Assembly: GCA_037445065.1 (NCBI GenBank)
Contig: JBBILD010000024.1
Coordinates: forward strand, 1 to 57,608
Direction: 5' to 3'
Source: Myxococcales bacterium
GTDB lineage: Bacteria; Desulfobacterota; Binatia; HRBIN30
DNA: 57,608 nucleotides
Both the position numbers and the translations under genes were made by a program. The notes beneath the pieces are model-generated. The model saw nothing but the letters and a program-made list of their open reading frames with translations, was not told the origin of the DNA and searched no databases. Shown here one piece after another: positions 1 to 8,308 of the stretch. Numbering within the stretch: position 1 is the stretch's first letter; the number at the start of each line of letters is the position of its first letter.

Positions 1-642
<642 letters not shown>

Positions 643-943
643 TCCCTACCTTCCTTTCTTTCGATGATCCCTTAGCCAGTACCTGGGCAAACAAACGCGG
701 CCTTCCCTAACGCAGGAACCGCAGCGTTGCCACGGCGTTTGGCTGCGAGCGCAGGAACAATAGGCGTGTCGCGCAGGTTTCCGCATACAAAATCGCTTGA
801 CCTAGTGTTGCCAGCGGGCTTAGAAGTTGGGCGCACTTTTGTGGTACAAGGCGGCGCGGGACGGATCTCTTGCGGTGCAGGGCGCTGGTGCCGTCTCGGC
901 GGAGCAACACACTTCTCGACGGGTCAAGACAAATAAGGAAGGG

Positions 944-1834
944 ATGGGGATGAAGGCACGGTCGGCAATCGCGGGGACCCTCGCCGTGGGAATGGTCCTC
1001 CAAGGTTGTGCAAGCCAACAGCGCACTTTTTCCAAGCCCTGGGGGAAAGGCGCCTGGATTCCAGCGGCCATTTGCTCGGTTGCCGGTGCAGGAGCGGGGA
1101 TCGGCATCCAGGAGGCTCGCCGCGGCGAGTCGGTGGTGACGGTCTTCGACAGTTCGGGCAATGTGGTCTCGCGCAAGCGCGAAAAAGACGATCCTGAATA
1201 CTACAAAGGGGCCTTGGTTGGCGCTGCTGTCGGCGCAGTCGTCTGCGGTTTGCTCGGCCATTACTTCTTGGATGAAGAGGTGGTTCCTCCACCTCCTCCT
1301 CCGCCGCCACCGCCCACGCCCTCGCCAGAAGCGTTACCACCTCCCTGGGCAACCCGGTTGGTGCTGCGCGGAGTCAACTTCGACTTCAACAAGAGCGACA
1401 TCCGGCCTGATTCTCGTCCGGTTCTCGACGAGGCAGCGGAGATTTTGCGCGCGAACCCGAACGTGCGCATCTCCATCGAGGGTCACACCGACGCAATCGG
1501 CTCGGATGCGTACAACGAGAAGCTGTCGGTGCGCCGTGCCGAAGCCGTCTTCCGCTACTTGGTCAACCTTGGAGTGGCACCGGAACGGCTGGAGGTGGTG
1601 GGCTACGGCGAAACGCGCCCGCTTGCGGACAATGAGACCGAGGAAGGACGCGCCCAGAACCGGCGCGTGGAGCTTCATATCATCGCCCCGATTCCACCGC
1701 CCGAAGAACCGCCGGTGGCGCCTCCGGCCGCCGCACCAGCGCCCGAGCCGGAAGCGAGTCCGGGAGGGACGGGAAGCGAAGGTGAAGCACCCGGAGATGG
1801 CGCGGCTTCACCGGAAGCGGACACGTCTCCTTGA
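944..1834 (+). CDS. OmpA-family peptidoglycan-binding lipoprotein
   Basis: SD-like AAGGAAGG before ATG 944/950; lipobox LQGC; glycine-zipper segments; poly-Pro linker; OmpA-C motifs VNFDFNKS, IEGHTD, YNEKLSVRRA, NRRVE. Confidence 0.92.
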   Translation: MGMKARSAIAGTLAVGMVLQGCASQQRTFSKPWGKGAWIPAAICSVAGAGAGIGIQEARRGESVVTVFDSSGNVVSRKREKDDPEYYKGALVGAAVGAVVCGLLGHYFLDEEVVPPPPPPPPPPTPSPEALPPPWATRLVLRGVNFDFNKSDIRPDSRPVLDEAAEILRANPNVRISIEGHTDAIGSDAYNEKLSVRRAEAVFRYLVNLGVAPERLEVVGYGETRPLADNETEEGRAQNRRVELHIIAPIPPPEEPPVAPPAAAPAPEPEASPGGTGSEGEAPGDGAASPEADTSP

Positions 1835-1871
1835 AGCGGCTTGCGTGGCAGCATGGTACCGCGCAAGCTGT

Positions 1872-3008
1872 TCAGACCAACGCTTGAAGGCGGCGCTCGA
1901 TCTCCGCGGCGATGCGGCGAGCTGCTTGCCCGTCGCCGTATGGATTCCCGGCACTTGCCATCGCTCGATAGGAAGCCGGGTCGTGCAGCAACGTGGACAC
2001 GGCTCCAACGATTGCTTCGACGTTGGTTCCAACCAGCTTAGCAGCGCCCGCTCGAACTCCCTCCGGGCGTTCTGTCTTCTCGCGCATTACGAGCACCGGT
2101 TTCTGAAGCGAGGGTGCTTCTTCCTGAATGCCGCCAGAATCGGTGAGAATCAGCTCGGCCCGTTGCATCAATGCCACAAAGGCGACGTACTCGAGCGGGT
2201 CAATCAGCAACAGGCGGGGATGACCGCCGAGCAGGCGAAACACCGGCTCGCGCACGTTGGGATTCAAGTGCACCGGGTACACGATCGCCACTTCGGGTTC
2301 CTGTTCGACGATCCGGCGCAGGGCTTGGCAAATCCGCTCGAAGCCCGCGCCGAAGCTCTCGCGCCGATGGCCGGTCACGAGCACCAGGCGATAGCGGTCA
2401 GCCAGCCGCAACACGGGCTCCGGTAAGGCAGCTTCGAGGCGGCCACCGTCCAACTCCCCTGCGACCCAAAGCAGCGCATCAATCGCCGTGTTGCCAGTGA
2501 CAACGATCCGCTCGGCGGGCACGCCCTCGCGCAGCAAGTTCTCCCTCGCCCAGGGAGTCGGCGCAAAGTGCACGTCGGCCAATACCGAGGTGAGCCGCCG
2601 GTTGACCTCCTCCGGAAAAGGGCGCTGCTTATCGTGTGTGCGCAGCCCGGCTTCCACGTGAGCAACGGGCACGTGCGCGTAAAACGCGGCCAAGGCTGCG
2701 GCAAAGGTTGTTGTCGTATCGCCCTGCACGACCACAAAACGGGGACGAACTTCCGCCAAAACCGGCCCCAGCGCGCGCACCACGTTGGCGGTCAGGTCGA
2801 ACAGGTTTTGGTTCGGCTGCATCACAGCCAAGTCCCGATCCGGCTGGATGTGGAAGACGCGTAGCACCTGATCCAGCATGGTGCGGTGTTGGCCAGTCAC
2901 GCACACGAACACCGAACTGCGATCGCGCAAGGCCCGCACGACCGGCGCAAGCTTGATCGCCTCCGGCCGAGTGCCGAACACCACCATGACGCCGTGCCGG
3001 AAGTCCAT
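1872..3008 (-). CDS. wecB: UDP-N-acetylglucosamine 2-epimerase (non-hydrolysing)
   Basis: GTRPEAIK, TGQH, QGDTTT, HVEAGLR, PFPEE.NR, TDSGGIQEEAP, NPYGDG motifs. Confidence 0.96.
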   Translation of the reverse strand: MDFRHGVMVVFGTRPEAIKLAPVVRALRDRSSVFVCVTGQHRTMLDQVLRVFHIQPDRDLAVMQPNQNLFDLTANVVRALGPVLAEVRPRFVVVQGDTTTTFAAALAAFYAHVPVAHVEAGLRTHDKQRPFPEEVNRRLTSVLADVHFAPTPWARENLLREGVPAERIVVTGNTAIDALLWVAGELDGGRLEAALPEPVLRLADRYRLVLVTGHRRESFGAGFERICQALRRIVEQEPEVAIVYPVHLNPNVREPVFRLLGGHPRLLLIDPLEYVAFVALMQRAELILTDSGGIQEEAPSLQKPVLVMREKTERPEGVRAGAAKLVGTNVEAIVGAVSTLLHDPASYRAMASAGNPYGDGQAARRIAAEIERRLQALV

Positions 3009-4406
3009 CTATCTGGTCGTCTTCTCCCCGGAAGCTTCGAATTCCGCCAAGCAACGTTCGAGTTCCTGTAGCACGGCCGGCGCTGCGGGCACTAGGTCAC
3101 GCTGTTCGCCAGGGTCAGCAAGCAAATCGAATAGACGCTTTTCCTCCACATCAGAGCCAACACTGCGAGTCGTAGCCGCCGCGGGCATGTCCACCAGGGC
3201 GTGAGGCCGGCGAACGATCAGCTTGTACCGCCCGAGGCGAACGCCGCGAAGCACCGAGCCGATCCGGCGCTTTTCCCCGCCAGTGAGTCGCACTTCCCTG
3301 CTCGCTGCGGCGGTAGCCGGCAAAAACGTCTCCAACCACACGGGACGCTCCGGGAGCTCTGAGGGTTTGTCCGCAAAAAAGGGGCGCAAGCTACGCCCCC
3401 TCGCCTCCGCCAAAGGTCCCCAATCCAGTAAATCTGCCACCGTCGGTGCGACGTCGAGAAGCGAAACCGGAACGTCGAAGCGCTGTTCGGGGGAGATTCG
3501 TTTCGGCCACACAAAGGAAAGAGGGATGCGGATCGCCGGCTCGTACAAGGAGAGCCCAACACCGTAATCGCCGTGCTCTAGGAGAGCGAAGCCAGAATCC
3601 GCGTACAACACTACGAGCGTGCGCTCTGCCAAGCCGAGCGCCTGAACGCCATCGAGCAAGCGTTGCACTTCACGGTCCAACTGCTGAATGCGCTCCTCGT
3701 AGTCCTGCTTGGACCAAAACGACAAAGCGTCTTCTCTCCACGTTTGGCTTGCGCCGAAGTAACTCACCCACAAGAAGAGCCGCCGGCCGCGGTGCTTCGC
3801 CAGCGCACCTAGAGCCGCTTCGGTGGTCTCGGCATCGCTGCGCCGCGCGTTGGCCCGCAAGCGAGCCGCACGGACACTGCGGTCGTGGGCTCGGTCACCG
3901 AAGTACAGACTGGGCACCGGCAGGGCTTCCGGACCATGCTCCACGATGGGCAGGGACAAGCGAGCGTCGAAGCGCGCAAAGCCTCGATCGAACCCGAAGG
4001 CGGGATCCAAGTCGGCGTGGCTGACGACGGCGACCGTATCGTAGCCGCGTGCTGCGGCGATACGGGCGAGCGATGTCGCAGCAGGCGACAGCGCATCCAA
4101 TGGCCCCTGGATGCCGTGATACGCGCTCAGAGAACCAGTCAGCAACGTCGCCGCTGCCGCCCGCGGCCACGGAGTGTTGGAGTATGCATGCGTGAAAGTG
4201 GCGCCGCGGGATGCCAGCCAGTGCAACGTAGGCGCGACCTCGGCCTTCTGCACGATGTCCGCGCGCGCCGCCCCTAGCCCGAGCAGTAGAAGCACGGTCC
4301 GCTCTGCTGCCGCGTGAGTAGGGAATGCCGAGCACACCCAGAGTGCCGCCAGGAGGCAGCGCAAATACAGGGAGGGCCTACGAGGTTTTCTTGAGCAACG
4401 CAACAC
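3009..4406 (-). CDS. Sulfatase/alkaline-phosphatase-superfamily protein with degenerate active site (start uncertain)
   Basis: Signal-like N-terminus; PTLxxLAxRGxxFxxAYS, LLTG, GFDRGF, LYEPAIRIPL, VSLLDVAPT, LFDLLADPGE motifs. Confidence 0.8.
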   Translation of the reverse strand: MLRCSRKPRRPSLYLRCLLAALWVCSAFPTHAAAERTVLLLLGLGAARADIVQKAEVAPTLHWLASRGATFTHAYSNTPWPRAAAATLLTGSLSAYHGIQGPLDALSPAATSLARIAAARGYDTVAVVSHADLDPAFGFDRGFARFDARLSLPIVEHGPEALPVPSLYFGDRAHDRSVRAARLRANARRSDAETTEAALGALAKHRGRRLFLWVSYFGASQTWREDALSFWSKQDYEERIQQLDREVQRLLDGVQALGLAERTLVVLYADSGFALLEHGDYGVGLSLYEPAIRIPLSFVWPKRISPEQRFDVPVSLLDVAPTVADLLDWGPLAEARGRSLRPFFADKPSELPERPVWLETFLPATAAASREVRLTGGEKRRIGSVLRGVRLGRYKLIVRRPHALVDMPAAATTRSVGSDVEEKRLFDLLADPGEQRDLVPAAPAVLQELERCLAEFEASGEKTTR

Positions 4407-4422
4407 AGACCCGCTGGTTCGC

Positions 4423-5418
4423 TCAAGACGCTGCAGCCGCTTTCGGACCGCTGCGCAGAGGAAGCCCGCGATAAAGGCGCACCTTGTCACAATCCGTGCA
4501 AAAGTGGTCGGCAGGCAGCGGACTGGTCGGGGCGGTCCAGATCCGTCGCGCAGCTACGAATTTCTCATTGTTCCACATCTCGCGGAAGCGGCCCGGGCGG
4601 TAGTGGTCGAAATCATCCTGCTTGCGGTAACCTGCACAGCAAGAAGCAAAGCCACCGTCCCAATGAAACACCGCCTTCTGCCACAGCCACGTGCAGCGGT
4701 TACCATGCACTTGCAAGTAATCGAACGAATACTTCCCGCGCGGTGCCCACGAAGGGTCGTCGTACAGGCCGCCGTTGGCGGTAAAGGCATCCACTCCGAT
4801 TTCCTCGGCGAGCCGGCGCGCTTGCTCCACCTGTCCCTCGTTGTGGGCAAACACCAGATACTGCCAGGTGATGTGAGGCCGGGCGACTCCGAGTTCGCGC
4901 TTCAAGCGCACAAACATGCGCAAGTTGGCCAGTGCCTGGTCTAACCGACCGCCGCGCCGGTAACGCTCGTACGTCGCTTGGTCAGCCCCGTCAATCGCAG
5001 CGGTGAGATACGACAGGCCGGCGGAGACAATCGCTGCGGCGCGTTCCTCGGATAAGGGGAAACTCAAGTTCGAGGAAATAATCGTGCGCACGTCGCGTTC
5101 TTCCGCATAGCGAATCATTTCCGGGAGTTGTTTTGCGAAGAACGGCTCTCCCCAATTGAACAACTCGAGGCGGTACGCGTATGGCGCCAGTTCGTCCACG
5201 ATGCGGCAGAACACCCCCCAGTCCATCTGCCCACGGCCTCGACCACTGGGGTCACCGCGGCCGGTGGGGCAGTACGGGCAGTGCAAGTTGCACTTGTTGG
5301 TAACGTCAATACACAGCTCGTAGGGGTAGGACCACACCCGCTCGCGCCCGAGTTTCATCTCGGCTTTGACCAAGTAAAAGTTCGCGCGCCGGCGGATTTT
5401 CCTCCAGAGCCTGAGCAC
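4423..5418 (-). CDS. Radical SAM protein with SPASM/twitch-type C-terminal domain
   Basis: CNLHCPYC (CX3CX2C), NWGEP, C-terminal C...GGFASCC...CTDC. Confidence 0.9.
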   Translation of the reverse strand: MLRLWRKIRRRANFYLVKAEMKLGRERVWSYPYELCIDVTNKCNLHCPYCPTGRGDPSGRGRGQMDWGVFCRIVDELAPYAYRLELFNWGEPFFAKQLPEMIRYAEERDVRTIISSNLSFPLSEERAAAIVSAGLSYLTAAIDGADQATYERYRRGGRLDQALANLRMFVRLKRELGVARPHITWQYLVFAHNEGQVEQARRLAEEIGVDAFTANGGLYDDPSWAPRGKYSFDYLQVHGNRCTWLWQKAVFHWDGGFASCCAGYRKQDDFDHYRPGRFREMWNNEKFVAARRIWTAPTSPLPADHFCTDCDKVRLYRGLPLRSGPKAAAAS

Positions 5419-5424
5419 GGCGCC

Positions 5425-5454
5425 ATCCTAACCGAGCACGCAAGCCCGGAACAA
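5425..5454 (-). promoter_or_regulatory. Putative sigma70 promoter of a leaderless transcript
   Basis: Minus strand TTGTTC-18 nt-TAGGAT, with the -10 ending 6 nt before GTG 5418; no SD. Confidence 0.45.
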
Positions 5455-5759
5455 GCGGCCATCTTTCCGCTGCGCGTTCTCTGCCACCGTCTGCTCTGCC
5501 AGCCGCCGGCAAACCGCCGAAGGTGGCCGAAAGCGAGCCGCGTGTGCTCGTCTGAGATCGGCACCAGACAGCGGACCTCGATCCTACGGCAAGAGCTACC
5601 CTCTGCGGCGTGCCACTCGCAGCTTCCGGCGAACACCACCGTCGAGCAACGCCCGACGGTACAAGGCCCAGAAACGGTGAAAAACGGGGCGTGCGCCCCT
5701 GAGGATCTGCACGGCAGGCGTTCGTGGGATTTCGCACGCCGCAGGGCAACGCGAGCACG

Positions 5760-5800
5760 AGGGCGGCGCCGGCAGCCGGGGGGGCGACCGGCACCGCCCT
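5760..5800 (-). terminator. GC-rich hairpin downstream of dps (no U tract)
   Basis: 13-bp stem AGGGCGGTGCCGG / CCGGCGCCGCCCT on minus strand with one G-U pair. Confidence 0.4.
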
Positions 5801-5829
5801 GATCGGTCACTAGCTCTTGCCGAGGCCGC

Positions 5830-6309
5830 TCACTCGCCTGCGGCGGTGGCGCGCAGCATCCAGGCGTGTTTCTCGTGCTCCTCGAGCAGCCCGGTCAGAA
5901 AGTCCGCCGTACCAACGTCGCCGTCCTTCGACTGTACGGTTTCGATGTCGGCACGAAGCTGGCGACACAGGGCTTCGTGGTCCATTGCCAGGTTGCGCAC
6001 CATCTCCCGCCAGTGCGGCACCGTGCCAGGGTGCTCCACGAGGCGCTTGGACTGAGAAAACTCCTGCAGCGTCCCCGGTGCCACCCCGCCCAGTGTCCGG
6101 ATCCGTTCCGCAACCTGGTCCACGATCTCGTCGAGAGCTTCGTATTGCTCCTCGAAGAGTTTATGGAGATCGTGAAAGTGTGGACCGACCACGTTCCAGT
6201 GATAGTTGCGGGCCTTGGTGTACAGAGTGAACTCATCCGCCAACAACGCCTTGAGGATCTGGCAGACTCCCTCTCGTTGTGCATCGCTGAGACCAATTTC
6301 CACTTTCAT
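5830..6309 (-). CDS. dps: Dps DNA-binding ferritin-like protein
   Basis: LYTKARNYHWNVVGPHFHDLHKLFEEQY, DQVAERIRTLG, HEKHAWML; SD AAAGGAGG. Confidence 0.96.
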   Translation of the reverse strand: MKVEIGLSDAQREGVCQILKALLADEFTLYTKARNYHWNVVGPHFHDLHKLFEEQYEALDEIVDQVAERIRTLGGVAPGTLQEFSQSKRLVEHPGTVPHWREMVRNLAMDHEALCRQLRADIETVQSKDGDVGTADFLTGLLEEHEKHAWMLRATAAGE

Positions 6310-6336
6310 GGCATCATCCTCCTTTCACTGGCTGGG

Positions 6337-6364
6337 ACTATAAGTCTGGCGCGCTTCACCGCAA
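6337..6364 (-). promoter_or_regulatory. dps sigma70-type promoter
   Basis: Minus strand TTGCGG (6364-6359), 16 nt spacer, TATAGT (6342-6337). Confidence 0.6.
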
Positions 6365-6401
6365 TTGTTTTCTTCCAATGGCCTCCTTAGAAAACGGCTA
6401 T
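6365..6401. promoter_or_regulatory. OxyR-type operator
   Basis: Tetramers at 11-bp spacing TTGT-N7-CAAT-N7-TTAG-N7-CTAT versus consensus ATAG-N7-CTAT-N7-ATAG-N7-CTAT; abuts the dps -35 and overlaps the oxyR start codon. Confidence 0.6.
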
Positions 6402-7341
6402 GGACCTGAATGCGGTCACCCTGACGGAGCTTCGCTACCTGCTGGCGCTGGCAGAAACCGGGCATTTCGGGCGCGCGGCAGCGCGCTGCTTTGTCACCCA
6501 ACCGACTCTGAGCGTGCAACTGAAGAAGCTCGAAGACAACCTCGGGCACCAGCTCGTAGAACGAGGACCCAAAGGCGCACAACTCACTCCGCTCGGGGAG
6601 CAAGTGGCTGAGCACGCACGCGCCATGTTCGAGCACTTGCAAGCAATCGGCGACCTGGCTCGCGGAATTCGTGACCCGCTGGGAGGGGAGTTTCGTGTGG
6701 GGCTGATCCCTACCCTGGGACCGTACTTGCTGCCGCGGTTGTTGGCTCCACTGCGCCGCCGTTTTGCCGAGCTGAGACTCACCGTCGTGGAGCAGCTCAC
6801 CGCCACCCTGCTGGAACTCCTCGCGCACCACGACCTGGACGCCGCTCTGCTCGCCCTGCCGGTCGAAGCCAGCGGTATCCAAGTCGCCCCCCTATTCCGC
6901 GAGCCCTTTTGGCTACTCGTCTCGGAAAAGGATCCGCTGGCGCGCACCAAGGCGGTCAGCGAGGGAGACCTCCGAGGCAAGCCGGTCCTCCTTTTGGCAG
7001 AGGGGCACTGCATGCGCGAGCAAGCGCTGTCGGTGTGTAGCGAGGCTGGAAGCAACCCGCTCGCCGACTTTCGCGCCAGCAGCCTGGAGACCCTTCGCCA
7101 TCTCGTGTCCGCCGGCTTTGGCTGCACGCTGGTGCCCGCTCTCTCCGTGCCACGCATGCGGGAGGCGGGCGCGTGCTTGCGCCCGTTCCGGGAGCCTGTG
7201 CCCACGCGAGACATCGGCATTGCCTGGCGCCGAACCTATCCGCGCCCCATGGCAATTCAGGCGTTTGCCGATTTTGTGCGCGAGCACCTACCGCGCAACC
7301 TGGTCGAACCGCTCCCTTCAGGAGGAGCCGCTAAAGTTTAA
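6400..7341 (+). CDS. oxyR: Hydrogen peroxide-inducible LysR regulator OxyR
   Basis: LysR HTH (HFGRAAARCFVTQPTLS), IPTLGPYLLP, GHCMREQALSVC with redox Cys-X8-Cys, ASSLETLRHLV; divergent from dps. Confidence 0.93.
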   Translation: MDLNAVTLTELRYLLALAETGHFGRAAARCFVTQPTLSVQLKKLEDNLGHQLVERGPKGAQLTPLGEQVAEHARAMFEHLQAIGDLARGIRDPLGGEFRVGLIPTLGPYLLPRLLAPLRRRFAELRLTVVEQLTATLLELLAHHDLDAALLALPVEASGIQVAPLFREPFWLLVSEKDPLARTKAVSEGDLRGKPVLLLAEGHCMREQALSVCSEAGSNPLADFRASSLETLRHLVSAGFGCTLVPALSVPRMREAGACLRPFREPVPTRDIGIAWRRTYPRPMAIQAFADFVREHLPRNLVEPLPSGGAAKV

Positions 7342-8231
7342 GATGGCGATTCTTCCCCGCCTTCACGACTGCGCGCGGAACCTTCCGCTGACCGAGTCGG
7401 CGCCGACAGGGCCAGTTCCTGGTATCGTTCCATGACGCGGCGGACGTACGCCAAGGTTCGCCGGCCCTGCGCGTACCCGGCGGCAAGCTTGGTGTAAACA
7501 GCGGGCTCCTCCAGCAAGTGCAACACACGCTCGACATGCCCGTGCCACAACCGGGGCGAGAAGCCGAGGAACTCGGCTAGCGCTTGCGCATCGCGCACGT
7601 GAGCGATGCCCATGTGATAGGCGGCCAGCACAAAAGGCAGGCGTTCCCCCGGGTGTACGTCGGCAAGCTGCCGAGCGAGGTAGCGCAAATATTTGGTCCC
7701 AGTGCGGATGTTGTCTTCCGGAGCGTGGAACTCTTCTTCTCCGACATCTGCAGCAGCCGCCGGCCGCACCTGCATGAGCCCGACCGCACCCCGCTCGCTC
7801 ATCGCCGTGGGATCGAAGTTCGACTCTGCCTCGATGACCGCAGCCACCAACTGCCAGTCGAGACCTTGTGACACAGCATGGGAGACGATCAAATCCGCGT
7901 AGGAACGGGCCGCATCGTCCGCACTGCGTTCCACGGCACGATCCGGAGTAGATGTGCGCGTGCCGACGAACGCCGCAAGACCCTCGACGCGGATCTGCCA
8001 GCCGTCAACCGCGATGGTCCACCCTCCGCCGGTGGAGATCGCTGTGCGCGCCCCCGGGGCTGCTGGGCCATGCGGCAAGGTCACCGGCTGTGCGGAGCGC
8101 AACAGGCGTGGCGGCGGGCCTGGTCGGACACCGACGGCCACCGCGCAGGCCACTGCCGCGGCGCATCCCGCGCCGGCCAAAAACGCGGCGCTCCGGTTCC
8201 GCAGCCTCGGCACACGCCGCTTGTGGCGCAT
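7338..8231 (-). CDS. Lytic transglycosylase (SLT domain, MltF-like C-terminus), start uncertain
   Basis: N-terminal TM; DWQLVAAVIEAESNFDP, GAVGLMQV, DNIRTGTKYL, LAAYHMG.AHVRDA. Confidence 0.85.
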   Translation of the reverse strand: MRHKRRVPRLRNRSAAFLAGAGCAAAVACAVAVGVRPGPPPRLLRSAQPVTLPHGPAAPGARTAISTGGGWTIAVDGWQIRVEGLAAFVGTRTSTPDRAVERSADDAARSYADLIVSHAVSQGLDWQLVAAVIEAESNFDPTAMSERGAVGLMQVRPAAAADVGEEEFHAPEDNIRTGTKYLRYLARQLADVHPGERLPFVLAAYHMGIAHVRDAQALAEFLGFSPRLWHGHVERVLHLLEEPAVYTKLAAGYAQGRRTLAYVRRVMERYQELALSAPTRSAEGSARSREGGEESPS

Positions 8232-8308
8232 CGCGCCCGGGTGCGCAAGATGGGCACAAGGTTCGTTCGGCTCGCCTCGCGAGGCGGATTTCGCTAGCAC
8301 GGCTGCCC

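Noticed and set aside
1285..1330. CCN triplet run as a tandem repeat or phase-variation tract
   Set aside because: Mixed synonymous Pro codons encoding a linker, not a perfect slippage repeat.
1161..2426. 421-aa plus-strand ORF
   Set aside because: Alternative frame of ompA then antisense to wecB; no motifs.
4423..5418. Radical SAM as an anaerobic sulfatase maturase (anSME)
   Set aside because: Only four C-terminal Cys rather than a full SPASM set, and the neighbouring sulfatase has no Cys/Ser-x-P-x-R target.
5508..5540. GGCAAACCGCCGAAGGTGGCCGAAAGC resembles the start of a c-di-GMP-I riboswitch
   Set aside because: Lacks the GNRA loop, the GACGC segment and the second stem; it is on the plus strand with no downstream plus-strand gene. 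An Infernal search with the c-di-GMP-I model would settle it.
7952..8308. Long N-terminal extensions in the ORF track (acyl-CoA synthetase; also pckG, the GT4 at 22883, tsaE, RNase Z-like, prs, ispE)
   Set aside because: They overlap neighbouring genes or tRNAs; internal starts with SD or family-typical N-termini fit better.
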